A stretch of 64,000 nt of DNA from Macrostomum lignano (GCA_002269645.1 NIVC01002533.1:99474-163473), one strand, 5' to 3'. Counted from the first letter of the stretch, positions 12,701-23,964 are shown. The notes: a model not told the origin generated them from the sequence alone. Numbers and translations are program-made.

Positions 12701-15700
12701 CACCCCCTTTTATCCCCTCTCATCCCTCCGCATGTCCCTTTCATCCCTTTGCACCCCCTTTTGTCCCTCTCATCCCTTTGCATCCCATTTTATCCCCTTT
12801 CATCCCTTCGCATCCCCTCTCATTCACTCATGCCCTTGCATCTCATCCCCTCTTATCCCCTTTCATACCCTCTGTTGTTGTTAAACGAGGCTGGGTAGCC
12901 AGGGGCTCCCGCGGATCAGCCCAGAGAAGGGCTCTGCTTCATCTGCTTCATCTGATAGGGGGCACATCTACCAGTGGGCATATAGCCCGAGCAGCCCAGA
13001 TTGGGACCTGACGTCATGGCCAGGGAGAGAGCACTAATTGGGGCTACTAGCTCAAGCCTATGGACTAAGACACCGCCAACCCATAAGTGGAATCAAGGAC
13101 GGTGCTAAGACCGAGTCCACCCAAGCCACCACCCAGCAGACAAATCCCGGGAGTGCGCAAAAGAAAGATTGGAAAAGCATTGGATACTACTGAAAGCGGT
13201 CCGAGAGCGGGGAAACCCCGAAGTCTACGGAAATGGCTTGCATTAATTGGAGTGAGTCTGGGAGGCTTGTTTCCGAGGGCGAGTCTCCTGTCCAGCTCTA
13301 ATTTGGAGCCCAGGCCAAGGGGTCGGGGAGGGGCACAAGGAGCAAGAGGACCCGGACTCAGCCGGTATCCCAGATTCGGGACGAACATCAACCCCAGGAC
13401 TCCAATCCACTGTCAGAGATGAGAGCCGAGACACAAGGGCAGGGAACTTCCAGAGGAGCCAGCAGGATGGACCGGGCAGGGAGGGCAGAGCTCATAACTC
13501 CAGAATTTTGGCGCGGCATTCAAAGGCCTTACATTAATAAAAACACAAAGATAAAGCACAAGAGGGGATAAAAACAATGGGAGGAGCACCTGAACCCTAA
13601 ACCCGGGGCTAACTAACTAACTAACTAAATAAGTAAATCCGGCGCCTCAGCCTATTGAATAAGGCTCTTACGCCACTAGAAAGATATAGGTTCCAAGTTG
13701 GGAGTGTACGTATGTACACTAGGTTCCTAAGCTAGGGAGAGTACTGTGTAAAGGGCAAGTAACAAATCAAAAACCTCCCCGGGGGACAGTGACAGCGGTA
13801 CGACGCACCAGGGGAAGCCCGTGCCCAAAACACCAGGTTGGATAGACCCCTTGCCTATTAGGGTTGGCCCGAAGGCCGAGAGCCTTGGCTACCATGCTGG
13901 GGCCGACCGCCCACCACCCCCGGGTACTCAAGCCAAACGTACATAAACCTCCCCGGGGCCAGAGGGGGTTGAGTGAACCATTCAGGGAAGCCCGTGCCTT
14001 CTCCTGGGTTAGATAGGCCAAAACACCGGTCATAAGACCGCCCCCACGGCCGTGGCGACCCGAAGGAGCCTCCCCCCCAACTAAACCCCGGGTACTCTTG
14101 CCAGACAGTCTCTTATCTTTGAAGCGGCAGGAGGGCTAATCGCCGGGACTATTTCACCCTTTGCTTCGCCATCCCGCCATTTCTATAGTGACCGTGCCAA
14201 CGGTCTCGTCCTGCTCAGACTCAGTCCTGGTTCTGGCACACTCCAGCTTTAATAGGGTCGCTGGCTGTACGCTCAGAGGGCACTCCGAGGGGGACCGTCA
14301 GAGCACCAACTGGTACAGGTATAAGCCTGCCTTCCTATACAGCTACCCACAGCCCTTCCTGATCCACTATTACCCTCCAACCCAGCCTACTCACTCATTA
14401 CAAGCTTTCAGCCAGGCAGAGACAAGTTTCACAGGGGTACTGCGGTTAGGCGCCTCTATGCGAGACAAAACCAGCACCTGAACCCTAAACCCGGGGCTCA
14501 GCCTCAGGGCTGGCATGCTAACTGGGCTCTACCGTACACCTTTGTGAATGGTCATTTTCTTTCCTGTAGGGCGGGTGCGACCGGGGAGCTCAAGTCCCGT
14601 TCTAAGCCACACTGCAGTCCAGAGTACGCACTCACTCCAGGTACACCCCCACCTAACCAAGGCCCAGGGCCGAAATAATTGGAAAGAAAAAATAGGGTTA
14701 TTTTTAGATGAGTACACATGCTTGGGCGCAACCTTGGGATTCACTCGGCCGTTTCTATTGGCGGCACACACATGTGGGTCGCTATTGGACGGAATAGTAG
14801 TCACGTGACTGCTCTCAGCCAATAGCGACTTACATGTGTGTGTTGCCAGTAGAAGCGGCCGGGTGATTCCCAAAGTTGCGCATGTACAGTCAGTGACTGT
14901 ACATACGTACATACGTACATGCGTACTGTACATCACCTCCGGTGAGGACTCTAATTTGATTGGGCTAGCGAGTGCTAGGCCAATTGGATTGCGCACAACC
15001 CCGAGAAATGCCGCCAGAGAGGCAGCCAGGGTAAAAACAGTCAGAGACCGTCTTTACCGTCATACCCTCTTTCCCTCTCATCCCCTCTTCCCCTCTTCCC
15101 CTCTCACTCCCTCATTCGTTCCCTTTTCTTATATCCTTAAAGTCTTTGTGTGTATCCTGAGCTTCGCATAGCAAGTAGTGCATTGCAGTTTTTTGCATAT
15201 ACAGTATTATTTACGGGATTTTGTTGGAAAAAATTTGCTTCTAAAACAGCGCTTTGCACTGCCTAGTAACAAGTGACCAATCGTATTTATTTTGTTGATT
15301 TGACTTGTTTTCTCTTTTTTTAATTCCAGGAAGATTTGGTAAGACATGTTGGCAGTTTGCTTAGCTCTTTGGCACTAGGAAATTCAAACTTTTCATTTAA
15401 ATTCAAATTTCTATAATTCTACTTGGTTAAGTTGAAGTCATTTTTATTAATTTTTACAGATTTGAACGATTTTAATTTTATAAATTTATAAATCCAAAAG
15501 TTCAGATAAGATTATAAATTATTAGAGACTTGTGATGAATTGTTAATTATGCTCTCCGTGATTTATTTGATGCTTTTGTCCTTTTCCTGTCCGCATCTTT
15601 GTTAGACTTTCTGACACGCTTTTGTCCTATCAGAATCCGTGAAATTTATCTATAAATCTGTAAATTTATGACAAAATCTTCTAGATTTTCTCAACACAGT

Positions 15701-18700
15701 CTTGAGTTTCTTAGCACAAATCCTGGTGCTCACATATGACTGCTTGTGATCCCATTCTTCTCCAAATGGGATTTCAAGTAGCTCCCATATGAATTATAAT
15801 CACATTCTTCCCCAAATGGGATTTCAATCAGTAGCTCCCATCTGACTGCTTGTGATCCCATTCTTCCCCAAATGGGATTTCAATCAGTAGCTCCAATATG
15901 AATGCTTGTGATCCCATTCTTCCCCAAATGGGATTTCAATCAGTAGCTCCAATATGAATGCTTGTGATCCCATTCTTCCCCAAATGGGATTTCAATCAGT
16001 AGCTCCCAAATGACTGCTTGTGATCCCATTCTTCCCCAAATGGGATTTCAATCAGTAGCTCCAATATGAATGCTTGTGATCCCATTCTTCTCCAAATGGG
16101 ATTTCAAGTAGCTCCCATATGAATTATAATCACATTCTTCCCCAAATGGGATTTCAATCAGTAGCTCCCATCTGACTGCTTGTGATCCCATTCTTCCCCA
16201 AATGGGATTTTGATCAGTAGCTCCCATCTGACTGCTTGTGATCCCATTCTTCCCCAAATGGGATTTCAATCAGTAGCTCCCATCTGACTGCTTGTGATCC
16301 CATTCTTCCCCAAATGGGATTTTGATCAGTAGCTCCCATATGAATGCTTGTGATCCCATTCTTCCCCGAATGGGATTTCAATCAGTAGCTCCCATATGAC
16401 TGTTTGTGATCCCATTCTTCCCCAAATGGGATTTCAATCAGTAGCTCCCATATGAATGCTTGTGATCCCATTCTTCCCCAAATGGGATTTCAATCAGTAG
16501 CTCCCATATGAATGCTTGTGATCCCATTCTTCCCCGAATGGGATTTCAATCAGTAGCTCACATCTGACTGCTTGTGATCCCATTCTTCCCCAAATGGGAT
16601 TTCAATCAGTAGCTCCCATATGACTGCTTGTGATCCCATTCTTCCCCGAATGGGATTTCAATCAGTAGCTCCAATATGACTGCTTGTGATCCCATTCTTC
16701 CCCAAATAGGATTTCAATCAGTAGCTCCAATATGACTGCTTGTGATCCCATTCTTCCCCAAATAGGATTTCAATCAGTAGCTCCCATATGACTGCTTGTG
16801 ATCCCATTCTTCCCCAAATAGGATTTCAATCAGTAGCTCCCATATGACTGCTTGTGATCCCATTCTTCCCCGAATGGGATTTCAATCAGTAGTTCCAATA
16901 TGAATGCTTGTGATCCCATTCTTCTCCAAATAGGATTTCAATCAGTAGCTCCCATCTGACTGCTTGTGATCCCATTCTTCCCCGAATGGGATTTCAATCA
17001 GTAGCTCCAATATGAATGCTTGTGATCCCATTCTTCCCCGAATGGGATTTCAATCAGTAGCTCCCATCTGACTGCTTGTGATCCCATTCTTCTCCAAATA
17101 GGATTTCAATCAGTAGCTCCCATATGACTGCTTGTGATCCCATTCTTCCCCGAATGGGATTTCAATCAGTAGCTCCAATATGAATGCTTGTGATCCCATT
17201 CTTCTCCAAATGGGATTTCAATCAGTAGCTCCCATATGACTGCTTGTGATCCCATTCTTCCCCAAATGGGATTTTAATCAGTAGCTCCCATCTGACTGCT
17301 TGTGATCCCATTCTTCCCCAAATGGGATTTCAATCAGTAGCTCCAATATGAATGCTTGTGATTCCATTCTTCTCCAAATGGGATTTCAAGTAGCTCCCAT
17401 ATGAATTATAATCACATTCTTCCCCAAATGGGATTTCAATCAGTAGCTCCCATATGACTGCTTGTGATCCCATTCTTCCCCAAATGGGATTTTGATCAGT
17501 AGCTCCCATCTGACTGCTTGTGATCCCATTCTTCTCCAAATGGGATTTCAATCAGTAGCTCCCATCTGACTGCTTGTGATTCCATTCTTCTCCAAATGGG
17601 ATTTCAATCAGTAGCTCCCATATGACTGCTTGTGATCCCATTCTTCCCCGAATGGGATTTCAATCAGTAGCTCCCATATGACTGCTTGTGATCCCATTCT
17701 TCTCCAAATAGGATTTCAATCAGTAGCTCCCATATGACTGCTTGTGATCCCATTCTTCCCGAATGGGATTTCAATCAGTAGCTCCAATATGAATGCTTGT
17801 GATCCCATTCTTCTCCAAATAGGATTTCAATCAGTAGCTCCCATATGACTGCTTGTGATCCCATTCTTCCCGAATGGGATTTCAATCAGTAGCTCCAATA
17901 TGAATGCTTGTGATCCCATTCTTCCCCAAATAGGATTTCAATCAGTAGCTCCCATATGACTGCTTGTGATCCCATTCTTCTCCAAATAGGATTTCAATCA
18001 GTAGCTCCCATATGACTGCTTGTGATCCCATTCTTCCCCGAATGGGATTTCAATCAGTAGCTCCAATATGAATGCTTGTGATCCCATTCTTCTCCAAATA
18101 GGATTTCAATCAGTAGCTCCCATATGACTGCTTGTGATCCCATTCTTCCCCAAATGGGATTTTAATCAGTAGCTCCCATCTGACTGCTTGTGATCCCATT
18201 CTTCCCCAAATGGGATTTCAATCAGTAGCTCCCATATGAATTATAATCACATTCTTCCCCAAATGGGATTTCAATCAGTAGCTCCCATCTGACTGCTTGT
18301 GATCCCATTCTTCCCCAAATGGGATTTCAATCAGTAGCTCCCATCTGACTGCTTGTGATCCCATTCTTCTCCAAATGGGATTTCAATCAGTAGCTCCCAT
18401 ATGACTGCTTGTGATCCCATTCTTCTCCAAATGGGATTTCAATCAGTAGCTCCCATCTGACTGCTTGTGATTCCATTCTTCTCCAAATGGGATTTCAATC
18501 AGTAGCTCCCATATGACTGCTTGTGATCCCATTCTTCCCCGAATGGGATTTCAATCAGTAGCTCCCATATGACTGCTTGTGATCCCATTCTTCTCCAAAT
18601 AGGATTTCAATCAGTAGCTCCCATATGACTGCTTGTGATCCCATTCTTCCCCGAATGGGATTTCAATCAGTAGCTCCAATATGAATGCTTGTGATCCCAT

Positions 18701-21700
18701 TCTTCTCCAAATAGGATTTCAATCAGTAGCTCCCATATGACTGCTTGTGATCCCATTCTTCCCCGAATGGGATTTCAATCAGTAGCTCCAATATGAATGC
18801 TTGTGATCCCATTCTTCCCCAAATAGGATTTCAATCAGTAGCTCCCATATGACTGCTTGTGATCCCATTCTTCTCCAAATAGGATTTCAATCAGTAGCTC
18901 CCATATGACTGCTTGTGATCCCATTCTTCCCCGAATGGGATTTCAATCAGTAGCTCCAATATGAATGCTTGTGATCCCATTCTTCTCCAAATAGGATTTC
19001 AATCAGTAGCTCCCATATGACTGCTTGTGATCCCATTCTTCCCCAAATGGGATTTTAATCAGTAGCTCCCATCTGACTGCTTGTGATCCCATTCTTCCCC
19101 AAATGGGATTTCAATCAGTAGCTCCCATATGAATTATAATCACATTCTTCCCCAAATGGGATTTCAATCAGTAGCTCCCATCTGACTGCTTGTGATCCCA
19201 TTCTTCCCCAAATGGGATTTCAATCAGTAGCTCCCATCTGACTGCTTGTGATCCCATTCTTCTCCAAATGGGATTTCAATCAGTAGCTCCCATATGACTG
19301 CTTGTGATCCCATTCTTCTCCAAATGGGATTTCAATCAGTAGCTCCCATCTGACTGACTGCTTGTGATGCCCCATTCTTCCCCAAATGGGATTTTAAGCA
19401 ATAGCTCCCATAAGTGATTTATCAAAAAAATCGATAAAATATATCCCTAATAATTAGCCCACTTTATGCTGTTCGTGCATTCTCTGCTTTAATTTTTAAT
19501 TGCACCACAACAGCTATGCAATGCGCACTACGGTGTGGTTATAGCATTTGTTTGTTTTACTTATTTTTACGTGGTGTCGTTATAGATTCCTAAATCAATA
19601 TTTTCTGTCTATTAGTAGTATAATAGTAGTATTATAATCATATTAGTGCTATTATTAAATAGCGACAAGCTTCTATACTGTTGTTTGTTCAACCTGTCTA
19701 CATGTAGAACGCATGGCTAGAAGGCGCCTGCATCGAGTAAGTTGCTATCAGCTGATAATTTTAATGAGATGCTCATTGCAATATCATTATTAACACTTTA
19801 CTTAAAGTTCTTAGCAGCAAATTTAAAATTTGAAGCTATAGTATAGTAATGATAATTGTCAAAGACAATGGCTCTTGTTATTTTGTTTAAAAGTGTACGA
19901 TGTACTTTTAATCTCAAAGTAATCACGTGTGCAATATAGCTTTTTGCCTTTATATAACCGCCTAAAATTTGCTGCTAATATCAGTAAATAAAGTGTTAAT
20001 CAAATTCTAATTTTTATTTTGACTCCTTAAGGACGCTAATATAAAGTAAAATCGTTAACAGTGTCTTTTTCAATTCCATTGCTTGTTCTTTTAAGTCTAC
20101 ATTCGACAATTGGCTGTTCTATCATAACCCTACCCCCCAACCCTACCCAACCCTACCCTAACCCTACACACCTACCCCTAACCTTACCCTAACCCAAACC
20201 AATATTGTCGACAGTGAGTAGTCATCAAGTAGCTATTTCTGTTCAATTCACTTATTTACTGCTTTAAAAGTACCAACAAAAATGGTTTGTATTTCATTTC
20301 ATATTTTTAGAGAAATTGGCTATCGAAGGTAATAAAAGACGCAGTTTATTATAAATTTCAATAATGATTGAATTATTGAGACTGGGCAACTTCATAGTCT
20401 CCACTATATTCATTGTGTCTCAAATAACCAGTTATTACGTTTTCCTTTAATTGCCCTTGATAACATAGGCGTCGGCATAGTGTGACTAATTGGCACTAAA
20501 TTTTATATTATCGTCTTTAACCAATTTTAATCTCTCGCTTTCAACGATAAACTTTTTTGGCTGGCATAGTTTTAATTTATTAATTAGTTCCATTAATCCA
20601 GTGCGGTTCTACTAAAGGTTTAAATTAATGAACACTATAGATATTAAACCAAACTATGGTTTTAGAAGGGGGCCGTAGCCCAGTGGTCCAGCAGGCGCTC
20701 TGATTTGCCAGCGGCCCAGGCTTGATTCCAAGTGCAGTCACATTAATTTGAGGCTAAATTGGAATCTCGGCTTGGCTCAGCTCGTGCAATTAACGGCCTT
20801 GAGGGCCAACCCCAAGGCACAGTGAAGTGTACATGCCTAGGGCCGCTGTACACTCCTGTGTGAGTGTGTGCCTGTGCGTATGACTGCTCAGGAGAGTCGG
20901 TGGAATGGGCAGTAATGGGCAGAAATGGGCGGTTGTGTGACAATGTCATTTGAAGTGCGCCAGGTGCACACAGCCCCTGCCTCTGATGAAAAATGGTTAT
21001 TTATATAAACCGTAGCGCGGTATACGCACTACTTATTATTGGCAGTAGTTTTGCAGTTGGCTTAATTAAAACGCATTATTGTAACTCGTCCGCTGCGTCG
21101 CTGCACTCTAGCCTCTTTCGCTATAGTAAAAAACATTGCGTTCGCTGATTGGCTGGGGTGTTTATCTCTCTCTGTCCCGCCTCCATCATTCTACCCTTCT
21201 CCTCATTCCTATTGGCTGTGCAGCGTCGTAGCCTGCCCCCTCCCCCTAGCCAATATAGTTGATTGGCTACAATTACACTAACGAAAAGTCCATTCATTAG
21301 GCTTGAATATGATTTTAAAACAGAAGATTTTTATTATAAATTCTGGTATTTTAATAAATTTTATTCATATAAAAAACCGATTATAAAATTACTATTAGGG
21401 TGATGGTTTTCTTCAACTGTTAAACCTTGAATTATTTCTTAAATGTATAGCCATTCTGATTGAATCTGATTGCATGTGCTTTAAAGTTTTAATCAGATTG
21501 TTCAGAAAGCAACTTATACGGTATCGTTGATAAAAACATTCGTAATTGTAGTAACTCGTATAAAAGTCGATATTTAGCTTAATAATAAGAGCAACAGACG
21601 CTTGCATCAGCCAAGCAAAGTTATTATAATTAATTATTATTTAATAATATTGTTTATTTCTTTTGTTGGCGTATAAGTATGAACTCAATAATGCTTGTAT

Positions 21701-22788
21701 TCCTAATGAACCAGTGGGTGTCTTAAATTTTAACAATATTACTTGAGCTGTTTGACTTTATAGGCCAACTCAAGAGTTTTTTTAAACAAAACTTTCCACT
21801 TGTACACAGGGCCTCCCATCATAGAGCCCCACCCACTCGCCCTAGACAAAGCCTACCCTACTCCTAAACAAACAACACCTACCCTCAAATATACGCAGGG
21901 CCTTCCCTCAAAAGCCCACTCCACTCCCCCCTAGACAATTCCTGCCCCCAGATGTACGCAAGGCCTCCCGTCATAAACCCCCACCCCACTCCCCCTAGAC
22001 AATTACTACCCCCAGATGTACGCAGGACCTCTCCACATAACCCCCCGCCCCATTTCCCCTATTCAATTACTGCCCCCAGATGTAACGCAGGGCCTCCCTT
22101 CATAAACCCCCGCCCCACTCCCCCTAGTCAATTACTGCCCCCAGATGTACGCAGGGCCTCCCCTCATAAAACCCCCGCCCCACTCCCCCTAGAGTGAGCC
22201 AATCAGCGCCAATTGTTACACAGAGAGCCTCTCGCACAAGCCTCTACTCCCTCTACAGTTATCTTCCTTATCTTCCAACCACAGCAAACACGCCTAAACT
22301 TACTCAGTTTTTATTGTGCTAGAACCCACCCTTTCCCCAATAAAAACTACGCAGAAAACAACCAACGCAGCCGGGCCTTCAGCCGGGAGAGCGTCGGTCG
22401 GCTACTACTAACAGTAGAGCAGGGCTACTCATTGAAGGTTGGCAATCTGGGCGGTGACAACAAAAGCGACCCGTACGCCGAAGTTTCACTAGGCTCGCAA
22501 CGCCAGTGCACCGAAGTGATTAGAGCTACGCTAAATCCGGTGTGGAACAAAGCAATGCAATTTCACATTGCCGACCCCAACGAGGACGTCCTATCCATCA
22601 CTGTGTACGATCGTGATTTCTTTTCGCCGAACACTTTCCTAGGCCGAGCCGAACTGCGCATTGCCGATGTGGCCAAAGACTTGGCTAAAGCGAAGCACGG
22701 GCCAATCACAAAACGATTGCGATTGTCCGAGGTTGACACTGGCGAGGTCCAGATTAAGCTGGACTTGCAGATGCACGGCTCGCATTGA
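1..22788 (+). CDS. ITSN: Intersectin, long (DH-PH-C2) form; 5'-partial. Exons 1-86, 410-570, 1286-2026, 2415-3052, 3912-4657, 9196-9492, 10404-10802, 11765-12242, 22355-22788
   Basis: All exons have GT-AG borders with matching phases. The product has a coiled coil, five SH3 domains (e.g. YRALYDF..., [15 protein letters not shown]...GWWEG...[24 protein letters not shown].../W..G...GLFPVNYV), DPF and WxxF motifs, DH ([18 protein letters not shown]), PH ([18 protein letters not shown]...[10 protein letters not shown], closely like vertebrate ITSN1) and a C-terminal C2 ([10 protein letters not shown]...TLNPVWN...[13 protein letters not shown]). Confidence 0.95.
722..1246. repeat. 24-bp minisatellite (ACACAGATTAGATTGCAGATTGCT)n, intronic
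   Basis: Directly visible tandem unit; explains ORFs 737..1261 and 744..1280. Confidence 0.95.
2060..2335. repeat. 20-bp minisatellite (AGATAGACACTTAGGTACTC)n
   Basis: Visible tandem repeat in an intersectin intron. Confidence 0.9.
3080..3790. repeat. (TCTG)n-type microsatellite with TGTG/GCC variants
   Basis: Visible; produces spurious Cys/Leu/Ser/Val ORFs. Confidence 0.95.
4915..5390. repeat. ~28-bp minisatellite (GAGTGACATTATGGGAGTGCCATTTYYA)n
   Basis: Visible tandem repeat. Confidence 0.85.
5978..7248. repeat. 31-bp minisatellite (GCCACCCTCCCAGACTCTCCAGTGGGGTTAT)n
   Basis: About 40 visible copies; ORFs 5937-7265 are repeat translations. Confidence 0.95.
7899..9060. repeat. 24-bp purine-rich minisatellite (GGGAGAGATTGGGTAGATAGACAA)n
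   Basis: Visible tandem repeat. Confidence 0.95.
9540..10377. repeat. 20-bp minisatellite (GGATTATCGTGTGTCTGTAT)n
   Basis: Visible; fills the intron between the two DH exons. Confidence 0.95.
10826..11675. repeat. (GAGT)-derived minisatellite (GAGGGAGCGAGTGAGTGAAT)n
   Basis: Visible tandem repeat. Confidence 0.9.
12440..15125. repeat. CT-rich low-complexity repeat (ATCCCCTCTY)n, split by the insertion at 12874-15060
   Basis: The same CT-rich texture occurs at 12440-12873 and 15061-15125 and joins seamlessly if the insert and one TSD copy are removed. Confidence 0.8.
12874..15060 (-). mobile_element. Retrotransposed-type insertion with no recognisable ORF (non-autonomous element or retrocopy); TSD, (AAC)n tail, SL-like 5' end
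   Basis: Direct repeat CATACCCTCT at 12864-12873 and 15061-15070 (11 bp if the preceding T is counted). There are no TIRs. The minus-strand 3' end is ...TTTAACAACAAC. Composition shifts abruptly from the flanks. Confidence 0.75.
15735..19410. repeat. 56-bp satellite (TGCTTGTGATCCCATTCTTCCCCAAATGGGATTTCAATCAGTAGCTCCCATATGAC)n, ~65 copies
   Basis: Visible tandem unit; each unit has an internal 8-bp inverted repeat ATCCCATT/AATGGGAT. Confidence 0.95.
20103..20211. mobile_element. Mini foldback/MITE-like element with degenerate CCCTAA-like internal repeats
   Basis: Termini TCGACAATTGG and CCAATATTGTCGA are inverted repeats (2-nt indel) enclosing AACCCTAC/ACCCTAAC repeats. Confidence 0.45.
20668..21000 (+). 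mobile_element. tRNA-derived SINE, family A, copy 1
   Basis: A-box GTAGCCCAGTGG, B-box-like GGCTTGATTCC; long colinear similarity to 59001-59343. Confidence 0.8.
21805..22195. repeat. Degenerate ~60-bp C-rich tandem repeat (…CCCCCAGATGTACGCAGGGCCTCCC…)
   Basis: About six diverged copies visible. Confidence 0.75.
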
Positions 22789-23014
22789 TCTTGTTTGTTT
22801 ATTTCTTTTATTCAATTCAGTCACTGCAAAATTTCTTTTTAATATGTATTAGTACATATTCTGGCTACTTATAGTAGTTCTATATACATGCGTATCTCTG
22901 TCTATCTTGTCACACTTGTTTGTTTATGAATCTGTATGAATATGAGAAAAAAATAAGAGAGCTAAGTATTGCGCCTTGTGTTGACAAGCGGAAAATTTCT
23001 TTACTGTATACTAG

Positions 23015-23330
23015 CCCCCGCCCGACCCCCTTCCCCCTAATGTACACTCGGCCCCCAACCCCTTCCCCCTAATGTACACTCGGCCCCCAACCCCCTTCTC
23101 CCTAATGTACATTCCGCCCCCGACCCCCTTCCCCCTAATGTACACTCGGCCCCCCAACCCCTTCCCCCTAATGTACACTTGGCCCCCAACCCCTTTCCCC
23201 TAATGTACATTCCGCCCCCGACCCCCTTCCCCCTAATGTACACTCGGCCCCCAAACCCCTTGCCCTAATGTACATTCGGCCCCCCCAACCAACCCCTTCC
23301 CCCTAGTGTACACTCGGCCCCGCCCAACCC
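23015..23330. repeat. ~30-bp C-rich minisatellite (CCCCAACCCCTTCCCCCTAATGTACACTCGGC)n
   Basis: Visible tandem repeat. Confidence 0.85.
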
Positions 23331-23964
23331 CCTTAATGACTAATCTTTGTCAGTTGTTTTGCAGGCTCTCAGTTCCAACGAATATTATTTTTATCCTTTC
23401 ATTTTCATTATTTAAGTATTGAAGTGTTGTTATTGTTAGTTATTAAGCTTTCCTATGAGCCCAGCGCTACCAATAATACTATATATAATATTATATGTTA
23501 CCTTAAATTTTTACAGACTTGTAATAGAGGCTATGTCATTTGAAAGTTACCTGATTTCTAGTTGTAGCTTATAATATGCAGTACACACAAACTTAGACCA
23601 GATTTGAACTGAGTCTGAGAAGCTTATGCTGAACTTTCCTGGAATTTCAAATTTCGTTCCCCTCCTCCCTGTCTCGATCGTTTTAATTGATTCTTCTTAA
23701 TCACCTATTTTTCCGCTTAGATTATGCACTTTTTAATTTAAAAAATGAAGTGTTTCGTGATTTCCAGTTTTTTATAAACTCCTTATTTACACCTGTTTAT
23801 TATTATTGTTTGCTTCTGCGGGAATTATTATTGCTTAAATCTGCTGAATTTTTGTTTTAAAAGTAATTTGCTCTGGTATATATATCGTTTTGGATCTTTT
23901 GTTTAGTTAGAGGGGCTTGTCGTAGCTCTTGAATTAATTATCCTATCCAGCTTTTACTACTAGT

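Noticed and set aside
13065-15171. Short ORFs inside the 2.19-kb insertion
   Set aside because: No RT, endonuclease, gag or transposase motifs are recognisable; they overlap on both strands as expected in GC-rich non-coding DNA.
15735-19410. Regular repeat arrays resembling CRISPR
   Set aside because: Units are head-to-tail with no unique spacers, there are no cas genes, and the context is a eukaryotic intron.
21120-21290. Cluster of CCAAT/ATTGG boxes suggesting an internal promoter
   Set aside because: No associated transcription unit can be identified from sequence alone.
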